A stretch of DNA of 64,000 nucleotides, from assembly GCA_963789395.1 (NCBI GenBank), contig CAWBKP010000021.1, positions 64,001 through 128,000 of the forward strand, written 5' to 3'. The DNA comes from an uncultured delta proteobacterium. GTDB taxonomy: Bacteria > Desulfobacterota > Desulfobacteria > Desulfobacterales > Desulfatirhabdiaceae. A program made the translations under genes and the position numbers. This document shows positions 9,781-19,074 of this stretch, one piece after another. Below the pieces are notes generated by a model that saw only the letters and a list, made by a program, of their open reading frames with translations, did not search any database and had not been told where the DNA came from. The first letter of the stretch is position 1. Every line of letters starts with the position of its first letter.

Positions 9781-11469
9781 GTGTTTTTACCTACGACGCC
9801 GGAAGAAGTCGAATCACTGGGGTGGCATCATCTTGATGTGATTCTGATTACCGGCGACAGTTATGTGGACAGTCCCTTTATCGGTGCGGCGGTCATCGGA
9901 AAAGTCCTTTTGCGGCAGGGATATCGGGTGGGCGTCATTGCGCAGCCGGATATCCACTCCGGAAGTGATATCACCCGGCTGGGGGAGCCGCTGTTGTTCT
10001 GGGGAGTGACGTCCGGCAGCGTGGACTCGATGGTGGCCAATTATACGGCAACCGGAAAACGCCGGAAACAAGACGACTATACCCCCGGAGGCATCAACGA
10101 CCGCAGGCCGGACCGGGCGCTCATCGTTTATTCAAATCTCATCCGCAGATTTTTCAAGCCCACCGTCCCCATCGTCCTGGGCGGCATCGAAGCCAGTCTC
10201 AGGCGGATACCCCATTACGATTGCTGGTCAAATGCCATCCGCAGATCCATCCTTTTTGACGCAAAGGCCGATATCCTCATTTATGGGATGGGGGAGAAGG
10301 CGGTGCTGTCTCTTGCCGGCACATTAGAGCGCCGCGAATCCAACGCGGAAATCTGCGGTATCTGTTATATTGCCGGCGGCGCCCGATCTGACTACATCGA
10401 AATGGAGCCATTCGAGAAGGTGTCGGCAGATCCTCCAGCCTTTTCACGGATGTTTCAGCTTTTTTATCAGAACAATGACCCGTTGACAGCCAAAGGATTG
10501 TGCCAGAAACACGGGGCCCGGTATCTTATCCACACCCCCCCCTGTCTGCCGCTTTCTCAGTCTGAAATGGATGCGGTCCATGATCTGGACTATGAGCGGG
10601 ATCTGCATCCATATTATCGGAAACAGGGGGATGTCCGGGCACTTGATACCATCCGCTTTTCAGTTTCCACGCACAGAGGCTGTTACGGTGAGTGCGGTTT
10701 CTGCGCCATTGCCGTGCATCAGGGCAGGAGCGTTCAATCGCGAAGTCAGGCCTCCATTTTGCGCGAGGTGGAAAAAATCACCACCCATCCGGCGTTTAAA
10801 GGCATCATTTCAGATGTCGGCGGGCCGACGGCGAACATGTATGGATTCGAATGCCGGAAAAAGCAGGCCAAGGGTGCATGCAAGGATAAACGGTGCGTGC
10901 ACCCCGGTATCTGTGATCAACTCAAGGTGGATCACCGTCACCAGATCGAGCTGCTTCGGGCGATTCGGGGAATAAAGGCTGTCCGCCATGTTTTTGTGGC
11001 TTCCGGAATCCGGTATGATCTGATTCTTTCCGACCGGAAAAACGGGCTGCACTATCTAACCGAAGTGTTGCAGTACCATACTTCCGGCCAGATGAAAATC
11101 GCACCTGAGCACACGGAAAGCGACGTGCTCGATCTGATGGGAAAACCCGGAATGGACAGTCTGATCGCATTCAAGCGCATGTTTGATGCGGTCTGCAATA
11201 AATCGGGAAAGCAGCGCTATCTGACGTATTATTTCATGGCTGCGCATCCCGGTTGCACAAATGTCCACATGAGCCGGCTGAAAACATTCGTGTCCCGTCA
11301 TCTTCGCCTGATTCCCGAGCAGGTCCAAATCTTCACTCCCACGCCGTCGACGGTTTCAACCCTGATGTACCATACCGGCGTTGATCCGGCTACCGGTGCG
11401 CCGGTTTTCTGTGAAAAACAGGTCAAGAAAAAAGAAAAACAAAAACACATACTGTTGAAACGATCATGA
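9781..11469 (+). CDS. ygiQ: YgiQ-family (UPF0313) radical SAM protein
   Basis: FLPTT...DVILITGDSYVDSP, GGIEASLRR, CxxxCxxC (CYGECGFC), DVGGPTANMY, EQVQIFTPTP. Confidence 0.92.
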   Translation: MFLPTTPEEVESLGWHHLDVILITGDSYVDSPFIGAAVIGKVLLRQGYRVGVIAQPDIHSGSDITRLGEPLLFWGVTSGSVDSMVANYTATGKRRKQDDYTPGGINDRRPDRALIVYSNLIRRFFKPTVPIVLGGIEASLRRIPHYDCWSNAIRRSILFDAKADILIYGMGEKAVLSLAGTLERRESNAEICGICYIAGGARSDYIEMEPFEKVSADPPAFSRMFQLFYQNNDPLTAKGLCQKHGARYLIHTPPCLPLSQSEMDAVHDLDYERDLHPYYRKQGDVRALDTIRFSVSTHRGCYGECGFCAIAVHQGRSVQSRSQASILREVEKITTHPAFKGIISDVGGPTANMYGFECRKKQAKGACKDKRCVHPGICDQLKVDHRHQIELLRAIRGIKAVRHVFVASGIRYDLILSDRKNGLHYLTEVLQYHTSGQMKIAPEHTESDVLDLMGKPGMDSLIAFKRMFDAVCNKSGKQRYLTYYFMAAHPGCTNVHMSRLKTFVSRHLRLIPEQVQIFTPTPSTVSTLMYHTGVDPATGAPVFCEKQVKKKEKQKHILLKRS

Positions 11470-13718
11470 CCCTTCCGATTTCCTTTACCGTTTCCGGTTT
11501 CCATGCGGAATCCATCGAACTGACTGAATCCTTTATGGATACCGCCTTGCGGTTTGCTGCAGTTCCCGGAACCGTCCTGCTGATGAGCGGAACCGGGCTG
11601 GACTGTGCCCGGTATCATATGCTGGGCATCAGACCCTGGCTGTCACTTACCGGAAGGGACCAGCGCCTTTTGCTCACGGTCCATGACAAGGTTCATCCTG
11701 TTGCCGAAAATCCATTTGATGTGCTGCGGCAGATCCTGCGCCGGTTTCATTTCAGTGCCGCTGATGCGGATGTTCAGCTGCCGGTCGGGGCCGGTCTGAT
11801 GGGATATCTTGCGTATGATCTGAAGGACTGTCTGGAAAAATTGCCCAGAACATCCGTGGATGATCTGGGGCTGCCGCATATCTGTCTGTACGCGCCATCG
11901 GTGATCCTTGTCCAGGACAGGGTCAGCCGGAAAAGCTGGATAAGCGTGCCTGTCTTCACCGGGACAGGCGGATCGATGGGTTCCGGCAACCTGGAAGGGT
12001 TTCACAAGGAGCTGTCCCGGCCATTGCCGGAAGATGAAGATTTTTCCGCGGGTGCCGGCGGATTTTCATCCAGTTTTACCCGGCCGGATTATATTCGGGC
12101 CGTTGACACCATCAAGGAATATATCCGGTCCGGGGATGTCTATCAGGTCAACATGTCCCAGCGGTTTTCAACCGGATTTCAGGGAAATCCATTCCGGCTG
12201 TTTCAATCCCTGTATGCGCGCAATCCCGCACCGTTTTTTGCCTATATTCAGGCAGGAGACCACCAGATCATCTCCACATCGCCGGAGCGCTTTGTTTATC
12301 GAAACGGCGACAGGGTGGAAACCCGACCGATCAAGGGAACCCGGCCACGGGGAAATACCGAAGCGGAGGATCGTCGTTTAAAAAATGAGCTTTCCGAAAG
12401 TCTCAAGGACGATGCGGAACTGTCCATGATCGTGGATCTGCTGCGAAATGACATCGGAAAAGTCTGCCGGCCCGGCTCGGTTCGCGTTGCCGTCCACAAG
12501 CGGGTTGAGGCCTACCAGAATGTTTATCACCTGGTTTCGGATGTGGAAGGCATTCTGGATTCCGGTATGGATTCCGTGGACCTCCTGCGGGCTGCCTTTC
12601 CCGGGGGGTCCATCACGGGTTGCCCCAAGATACGGGCCATGGAAATCATTGATGAGATGGAGCCGGTCCGCCGGCATATCTATACCGGATCGATCGGATA
12701 CATCAGCTTCCATGATACCCTGGATCTTTCCATTGCCATTCGGACAGCGACTGTTTTCAAGGGGAAAATGCTGTTTTCCGTTGGCGGGGGCATTGTTTTT
12801 GACTCGGATCCATCGGATGAATATGCGGAAACCCTGCACAAGGGAAAGACCCTGACGGGGGTGTTGACGGATAAAAAAGCCCATCCCGTTGCCTGCCCGG
12901 TGGTCTGGATAAACGGCGTTCTTGTGCCGCAGGAAGAGGCCCGCCTGCCAGTGGCAGGTCACGGATTGCAGTACGGCTATGGTCTTTTTGAAACAATCCG
13001 GACGGTAAACGGCACACCCTGCTTTCTTCAGGATCATCTCAGGCGGTTTGAAGATTCCTGGAAAGTGCTGTTTAAAAGCGATCCCCCGGACATTTCCTGG
13101 TCCGATGTCATTTCTCAGGTCTTATGCGCCAATCAGCTTCAAGATACAGTTGCAGCGGTCAAGATGATGGCTGTAAAGGGGGAAGAACCATCCGGTTATT
13201 TAAACTGCCATCTTGTCGTCATGGCGCGCGCCTACACCCATCGCCTGGAGATGCTCCAGTCGGATGGACTCAGGCTTCTGAGCTATCCCGAGCCCCGGCA
13301 GACTCCGCTGGCTGGCCATAAAACGACAAATTATCTATATTATTTTCTTGCCGGCAACTGGGCAAGAGAAAACAATGCTGACGAAGCCCTCATCCTGAAT
13401 CCGGATGGATCTGTTTCCGAGACCAATACCGCCGGCCTTCTGGTAATTTCCGGAAAAGAGCTGATCCGGCCGGTATCGATCCATGTTCTTCCGGGAATTA
13501 TGTCTGCAAGGGTTTGTGAGATATTTGGACAATGGGGATATGAGATCATTGACCGGCCGCTCGTGACGCAGGATCTCCATGCCGCGGATCATGTGCTGCT
13601 GACCAACGCGCTGATGGGTGCGGTTCCGGTTAAAGTCCTTGATGAAAAGCCCCTGGTTTGTGCAACCGATATCTGCCGGCGGATCAACAGGCAGGTGCTC
13701 TGGCCGCATCAGGAATAA
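11466..13718 (+). CDS. pabB: Aminodeoxychorismate synthase component I fused to a class IV aminotransferase (ADC lyase-like)
   Basis: Chorismate-binding motifs (GDVYQVN, SPERF, TRPIKGTRPR, AELSMIVDLLRND, FPGGSITG) followed by YGYGLFET...HKTTNY...VLPGI. Confidence 0.9.
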   Translation: MTLPISFTVSGFHAESIELTESFMDTALRFAAVPGTVLLMSGTGLDCARYHMLGIRPWLSLTGRDQRLLLTVHDKVHPVAENPFDVLRQILRRFHFSAADADVQLPVGAGLMGYLAYDLKDCLEKLPRTSVDDLGLPHICLYAPSVILVQDRVSRKSWISVPVFTGTGGSMGSGNLEGFHKELSRPLPEDEDFSAGAGGFSSSFTRPDYIRAVDTIKEYIRSGDVYQVNMSQRFSTGFQGNPFRLFQSLYARNPAPFFAYIQAGDHQIISTSPERFVYRNGDRVETRPIKGTRPRGNTEAEDRRLKNELSESLKDDAELSMIVDLLRNDIGKVCRPGSVRVAVHKRVEAYQNVYHLVSDVEGILDSGMDSVDLLRAAFPGGSITGCPKIRAMEIIDEMEPVRRHIYTGSIGYISFHDTLDLSIAIRTATVFKGKMLFSVGGGIVFDSDPSDEYAETLHKGKTLTGVLTDKKAHPVACPVVWINGVLVPQEEARLPVAGHGLQYGYGLFETIRTVNGTPCFLQDHLRRFEDSWKVLFKSDPPDISWSDVISQVLCANQLQDTVAAVKMMAVKGEEPSGYLNCHLVVMARAYTHRLEMLQSDGLRLLSYPEPRQTPLAGHKTTNYLYYFLAGNWARENNADEALILNPDGSVSETNTAGLLVISGKELIRPVSIHVLPGIMSARVCEIFGQWGYEIIDRPLVTQDLHAADHVLLTNALMGAVPVKVLDEKPLVCATDICRRINRQVLWPHQE

Positions 13719-14770
13719 ATTACATTTATGGGCAGAGGTGGATACTTCCATATTCCGGGCCTTGGTATAATGTGCTGGCTGGCAACGGTCTGCCAGTAAA
13801 GGTCCGGCTTCAGTTCTCGAAGTTTTCCGTCTTCCGGGAATCGGGCCTGGTTGGTGTAGGAATAGGTTGCCTGAAAAATGCAGACGCCGTATCCTTTTTT
13901 CCGGTTGACGACATAATTCCTGTAAAATGTTGTGAGGGGGAGATGGTGGGTCTGGGCAACGGATTCCATCTCTGCATTGCTGAGTTTTAAAAGGATATAT
14001 TTGGAAGCCCCCCGTTCGGAAATGCGTATCAGGGACCGGGATTCGCTGCTGCCCACATAGACGGTGGTGATGCAGGGGATGCGTTTCAAGTACTGGGCGG
14101 CAACGATCGCCGCGGTGCGTCTGCCGCCGGCCATCAATGGAAGGCCATGGTATTCAAAAAATTTCTTTTGAATGTCCTCGGCATATTTATCGCCTTTTTC
14201 ATAAAGATCTTTTGAAATATAGCGAAGGTTCAGGGCCAGGTTTTCGGCGGCTTCGGCAATGGGCCAGTCAATCCGGACATGAAAATGCGACAGGCAGTAC
14301 CGGTCCCGGTTCCGGGATGACGGATCTCTCTGGATCAGAAGGGAGTAATCCACAGGCAGCAGGATTCGTAAAAAATCCACAAAATGAACGGATTCGAAAT
14401 ACTTCTGGTTCCGGTCAAAGGAGTCGGACAGCGGAAGGGTTTTGGATTTCAGCAGATTGATTTTGGTGGTCTTGTTTTCGTCAAAAAACCGGATGTATTT
14501 CTTGCAGGATGCCGGAATGGTATCCTCGACGAAAATGACCAGAAATGCATTCTGGCATTCGTATTCGATGTCCGGAATCCGGGCCCGGGGCTTAAGTTCC
14601 CGTTTTTCGACAAAGGGAAATGCCAGCTTTTTGCAGTTAAAATTATTGTAGGAATCAATCAGTCCATACTGGATCATCTGCTGATCAAGCTCATCTCTTA
14701 AGAGTTCGTAATAGGATCGTCTCAAGCGGTTTGCCTGGCTGAGCTCTTCGCGAATGCTCCAGAATGTCAA
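13709..14770 (-). CDS. Hypothetical protein, 353 aa, no family recognised
   Basis: Long ORF with TTG start and RBS AAGGAG; protein-like composition; converges on pabB with a 10-nt overlap. Confidence 0.8.
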   Translation of the reverse strand: MTFWSIREELSQANRLRRSYYELLRDELDQQMIQYGLIDSYNNFNCKKLAFPFVEKRELKPRARIPDIEYECQNAFLVIFVEDTIPASCKKYIRFFDENKTTKINLLKSKTLPLSDSFDRNQKYFESVHFVDFLRILLPVDYSLLIQRDPSSRNRDRYCLSHFHVRIDWPIAEAAENLALNLRYISKDLYEKGDKYAEDIQKKFFEYHGLPLMAGGRRTAAIVAAQYLKRIPCITTVYVGSSESRSLIRISERGASKYILLKLSNAEMESVAQTHHLPLTTFYRNYVVNRKKGYGVCIFQATYSYTNQARFPEDGKLRELKPDLYWQTVASQHIIPRPGIWKYPPLPINVIYS

Positions 14771-14822
14771 GGAACTCTCCTTTAATAAATATAAGTAATG
14801 TTTAAACGGAACACCTGATAAA

Positions 14823-14955
14823 TATTAAATTCGAAATCCGAAGCACGAAATTCGAAAAATGATCAACATCATAATGCTCAAAACGATGTATTTTCAGCTT
14901 GAACTATCAGACTTTTAGACATTTGAATTTGTTTCGGATTTCAATATTCGAATTT
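14823..14955. repeat. Heptamer-periodic palindromic element (copy A, both arms)
   Basis: Left arm AAATTCG AAATCCG AAGCACG AAATTCG AAA; right arm TTTGAATTTGTTTCGGATTTCAATATTCGAATTT. Matches copies at 24481, 29737 and 32489. Confidence 0.85.
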
Positions 14956-15002
14956 TTCTCGAAAATAGTTGCTACCACCAATTGTCCCAAGGGTCAAGCC
15001 CT

Positions 15003-15695
15003 TCATTTGCCGTTCAGTTTTTCCATCCACTTGTACAGATTTTCCTTGTATCGGTAGGATAAATACGCAGATACCAGGCAGATCACGGTGATGATCCCCA
15101 TCAGGACATACTCTTGTTCATACAGGGAAGCGCCTTGAACACTGAGCGCCAGGGTGCCGGGCATGCGCCCGAAGGTTGCCATGACAAAAAAAAGTTTTAA
15201 TGGGATATCGCTGACGCCCAGAAACAGACACAGGTAATCCTTTGGAAATCCGGGAAACAAAAAACAGATAAACAGGACAATGGCGCCTTGCCGGTGAACG
15301 AGCCTGTCGATGTTTTTTAACTGGCTTGCCGGAATCATTTTCCGGATAAACTGCTTTCCCAGCAACCGGCCGATGCCGAAATTGATCAGGGAGCCGACTG
15401 TCAGGCCGATGCTGGAGTAAAAAAAACCCTTAAATGCGCCAAAGAGAAACCCGCCGATAAAACCGGTTGCTTCTCCGGGAATGGGTGCAAGGACCACCTG
15501 AAGGATCTGAATCCCGGTAAAGATGAGCGGTGCAGCCATTCCCCAGGAAAGAATATAGGCCTGTACAGCCTCCCGATCTGTCAGGACATCGTAGATATGA
15601 ATGATCAGTTTCCAGATCGGGATTCTAAAATAATAACCCGCAAGCATCAAAAATCCAAGAGCCGTTGCGGAAATGAATTTTGCTTTCCGGGTCAT
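15003..15695 (-). CDS. TVP38/TMEM64 (DedA/SNARE-associated) membrane protein
   Basis: LQVVLAPIPGE, FLFPGFPKD, GRMPGT motifs; several TM segments. Confidence 0.88.
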   Translation of the reverse strand: MTRKAKFISATALGFLMLAGYYFRIPIWKLIIHIYDVLTDREAVQAYILSWGMAAPLIFTGIQILQVVLAPIPGEATGFIGGFLFGAFKGFFYSSIGLTVGSLINFGIGRLLGKQFIRKMIPASQLKNIDRLVHRQGAIVLFICFLFPGFPKDYLCLFLGVSDIPLKLFFVMATFGRMPGTLALSVQGASLYEQEYVLMGIITVICLVSAYLSYRYKENLYKWMEKLNGK

Positions 15696-16888
15696 TTATT
15701 GCTTTGGGAAATGGACTCAAGGGCTGCCACACCCGGCAGACTTTTTCCTTCCAGAAGCTCCAGAAATGCGCCGCCGCCGGTTGAAATGTACGTGATCTGG
15801 TCGGCCTTGCCCGAGCGGTGAATGGCGGCATCGGTATCGCCGCCGCCGACAATGGTGATGGCGCCGGATGCCGTTACATGGCTCACCATGTCATACGTCC
15901 CCTTGCTGAAAGGCGCCATTTCAAAAACTCCCATGGGGCCGTTCCAGACAATGGTTTTGGCGCCCTGAAGCGCTTCGGCGTATAAAAGGGAAGTAGCCGG
16001 ACCGATATCCAGAATCATCTGATCGGCCGGGATTTCCTGAACCGGAAAAACCGCGGTGGCAGCGGTCGCTTCAACCTGACCGGCGGTGATCCCGTCCACG
16101 GGAAGATAAATCCTGACTCCTTTTTCCGATGCTTTTTGGAGAATGGTTCGAGCGGTTTCGATCAATTCGGTTTCCACCAGGGATTTTCCGGTGGAAAGTC
16201 CCTGTGCCCTGAGGAACGTGTTGGCCATGGCGCCGCCGATGATGATCTTGTCCACATGAAGGAGCATGTTTTCGAGGGCGGCCAGCTTGCTGGAAACCTT
16301 TGCGCCGCCGATAACGGCAACCAGGGGCCGCTCCGGCGTGGTCATGGCTTTATTAAAATAATCGATCTCGTTTTTCAGCAGGAATCCGGCAACGGACTGG
16401 GGCGCAAACCGGGTGATGGCTTCAACCGATGCATTGGCCCGGTGGGACACTGCAAACGCGTCATTGACATAAACATCGCACAGCCCGGCAAGAGATTTGG
16501 CAAAGCTGTCCGCGTTTTTTTCCTCTTCCGGATGAAACCGGAGATTTTCAAGAACCACTATGTCTCCGGGTTTCATGGCTGCAATCATGTCTTCGACAGA
16601 TTTCCCCACGCAATCCGCGGCCAGTTGAACCGGCTGATTCAATAGCATGCTCAGCCGCTCTGCCGCCGGTTTCAGGCTGAATTCCGGAGAAACCTTTCCC
16701 TTGGGTCTTCCCAGGTGGGAGGCGACGATGATTTTTGCCTGTTGACCCAGGGCGTACTTCAGTGTCGGCAGCACGCCCTGAATTCGGGAATCATCGGTGA
16801 TCTGCAGCTGTTTATCGAGCGGCACATTGAAATCAACCCGGATCAACAGCCGTTTTCCGGCAATCGCAATATCTTTAATCGTTTTCAT
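15692..16888 (-). CDS. pgk: Phosphoglycerate kinase
   Basis: RVDFNVPL, SHLGRP, LENLRF, GGAKVSSK, WNGPMGVFE, STGGGAFLE. Confidence 0.98.
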   Translation of the reverse strand: MKTIKDIAIAGKRLLIRVDFNVPLDKQLQITDDSRIQGVLPTLKYALGQQAKIIVASHLGRPKGKVSPEFSLKPAAERLSMLLNQPVQLAADCVGKSVEDMIAAMKPGDIVVLENLRFHPEEEKNADSFAKSLAGLCDVYVNDAFAVSHRANASVEAITRFAPQSVAGFLLKNEIDYFNKAMTTPERPLVAVIGGAKVSSKLAALENMLLHVDKIIIGGAMANTFLRAQGLSTGKSLVETELIETARTILQKASEKGVRIYLPVDGITAGQVEATAATAVFPVQEIPADQMILDIGPATSLLYAEALQGAKTIVWNGPMGVFEMAPFSKGTYDMVSHVTASGAITIVGGGDTDAAIHRSGKADQITYISTGGGAFLELLEGKSLPGVAALESISQSNK

Positions 16889-16891
16889 GAC

Positions 16892-17164
16892 TCACCCCTT
16901 TTTTGCTGATAGTCGTCTTTGAAGATCTTTTTTTCGGGACCATCTTCCCAGAAAGCCGAGCATGCCGGCTGCATAGGCCCTGTCCACATTTTTTTCCTGA
17001 AGCGTCAATCCGCCGGCTCCGGCCATTGCCGCGCGCAAACATTCGGTTTTATGACAGCAGGGAACGCAGGACTCCGGAGAGTTTCGCAGTCCGTCTTCGC
17101 CTTCGGGAAAGACTTTTTCAAGTTTGCCAAAACAATATGGCAAAGGAGATGATGATTGTTGCAT
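16892..17164 (-). CDS. Small Cys-rich hypothetical protein
   Basis: Tightly packed between radC and pgk; CFG...CVPCCHKTEC pattern. Confidence 0.7.
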   Translation of the reverse strand: MQQSSSPLPYCFGKLEKVFPEGEDGLRNSPESCVPCCHKTECLRAAMAGAGGLTLQEKNVDRAYAAGMLGFLGRWSRKKDLQRRLSAKKG

Positions 17165-17186
17165 GATCCTGTCTACCTAAACGTCA

Positions 17187-17977
17187 TTATATGTTAAGCG
17201 ATTCCATTTCACGGTATATTCTGGCGATATGCCCCTCATCCGCAAAGCTGAAATACCGGTTTTCCCCGATGACAATGTGTTCATGGACCGTAATTCCCAT
17301 GATGTCGCAGCAGAAAATCAGTTTTCGGGTAATGGCCATGTCATCGGAAGATGGCGCAGGGTCTCCGGATGGATGGTTGTGGGCGAAAATCACTGCCGCG
17401 GCATGGTGGTTCAGAGCGGACTGAATGACTTCCCGGGGATAGACCGCTGTTGTCGATAAGGATCCTTCAAAAAGCGTTTCAATGCCGAGGACCTGGTTTT
17501 TGGCATCCAGATGAATCACTTTAAAGCATTCACGGCTTTTATCCCGCAGGTTGTAATAAAGATAGTCAAAAAGGCCTTGGAATGCGAGATAACGTCTTTT
17601 TGGGTGATCCGTTTTTCCAGATACCGCTCGGCAACCGCCTGTATCAATTTGATGCCGAAGATATTCTGGGGGCCGATTCCGGCAATCTCCTGAAGCGATT
17701 CCGGTGCAGCCTCCAAAACTCCCTGAAGGGTTTTGAAACGTGTAAGCGCAGCCTTGGCGATTTCCTTGCAGTCTCTTCGGGGCGTGGCCAGTGTCAGCAG
17801 CATCTCGATCACTTCATAATCGTGAAAACCCGAAAGACCGGATTCCAGAAACTTGTCCCGCAGCCGCCCCCGATGCCCTTCGGCCTTGTGCCGGAATATC
17901 CGGACTCCGGGAGGAACCGTTGCCGGCTCATCCTGAACTTCCGAAGAATATTCGCTGACAGATGATTTCCGGGGCAT
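17187..17977 (-). CDS. radC: RadC/JAB-domain protein; probable sequencing frameshift near 17572
   Basis: GHRGRLRDKF...DYEVIEMLL and HhH (IAGIGP) in 17516..17977; VYPREV and HNHPSGDP..S..D in 17187..17519. One added base restores ...FDYLYYNLRDKSRECFKVIHLD. Confidence 0.9.
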
Positions 17978-18013
17978 ATTGTCTCCCCTTGTGTTGATGG
18001 TTCAGAACATGTC

Positions 18014-18063
18014 CAGACGGCAGGCTAATGATGACAGACATCTGCCGCCTGTCATCAGTCATC
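18014..18063. repeat. 7-bp-periodic inverted repeat (GATGACA/TGTCATC class) overlapping the gpsA stop
   Basis: TGATGACAG (18029-37) pairs with CTGTCATCA (18049-57); alternative pairing CAGACGGCAG/CTGCCGCCTG. Confidence 0.55.
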
Positions 18064-19074
18064 AATTTCCTGTTTCAGATCCCGTGTCATGAGTTGATAT
18101 ACAGCCTCTTTGGGGGACAGTCCCTCATAGAGAATAAAATATACCGCATGAGAGATGGGCATTTCAACTCCGAGTTCACAGGAAAGATTGTACACCGATT
18201 CGGCGGTCTTAACCCCTTCTGCCACTGTGCGGGTTCCTGAAAGAATATCCTGTAAACTGTTTCCTTCTCCGATTTTTTTACCCACCGTATGATTTCGGCT
18301 TAGATCGCCGGTGCAGGTCAGAATCAGATCCCCGACTCCGGCAAGTCCGGCAAATGTGTGGGGATTGGCGCCAAGTCTCAGCCCCAGCCGGCGGATTTCG
18401 GCAAGACCCCGTGTAATCAATGCCGCGCGGGTATTCAGGCCCAGCCCAAGACCGTCGATGATTCCCGCGGCAATCGCAATGACATTTTTTACAGAGCCGC
18501 CAAGCTCTACGCCGATGACGTCATCATGGGTATAGACCCTGAAGGCCGGCGTGGCAAAAACATGCTGGACCTGCGTTGCCGATTCGGGATCTTTTGAAGC
18601 GACCGTGACAACCGTCGGAGACTTCAGCGCCACTTCCCTGGCAAAGCTGGGGCCGGATAGAACGGCAATCCGGTTTTCGGAAACATGGGGAAGGGTCTGG
18701 GCCAGAACTCCGCTCATAGTCAGATGGGTCTTGTTCTCGATACCTTTGGATGCCGATACGATCAGGGTGCTGTCCGGCACGTCACCGGCCATGCGCTGGG
18801 AAACCGCCCGCATCAGATGCGAAGGCACCACCATCAACACCAGATCTTTGCCCGAAACTGCCTGTTTGAGATCCCCGGTCGGGTTCAGTCGCTCGGACAG
18901 GGGAATGCCGGGAAGAAATATCCGGTTTTCCCGAAATTTCTGAATCTGGGATCGCACTTCTTCTTCAAACACCCAGAAATCGACGGCATAGCCTTTGGTT
19001 CCCAGAAGATTGGCCAGAGCCGTACCCCAGCTTCCGCCCCCGACCACGCCGATATTTATATCAAGGGGACTCAA
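18055..19074 (-). CDS. gpsA: NAD(P)H-dependent glycerol-3-phosphate dehydrogenase
   Basis: [38 protein letters not shown]. Likely start is TTG at 19074 (AGGGG upstream) rather than the ORF-track ATG at 19128 inside gyrA. Confidence 0.95.
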   Translation of the reverse strand: MSPLDINIGVVGGGSWGTALANLLGTKGYAVDFWVFEEEVRSQIQKFRENRIFLPGIPLSERLNPTGDLKQAVSGKDLVLMVVPSHLMRAVSQRMAGDVPDSTLIVSASKGIENKTHLTMSGVLAQTLPHVSENRIAVLSGPSFAREVALKSPTVVTVASKDPESATQVQHVFATPAFRVYTHDDVIGVELGGSVKNVIAIAAGIIDGLGLGLNTRAALITRGLAEIRRLGLRLGANPHTFAGLAGVGDLILTCTGDLSRNHTVGKKIGEGNSLQDILSGTRTVAEGVKTAESVYNLSCELGVEMPISHAVYFILYEGLSPKEAVYQLMTRDLKQEIDD

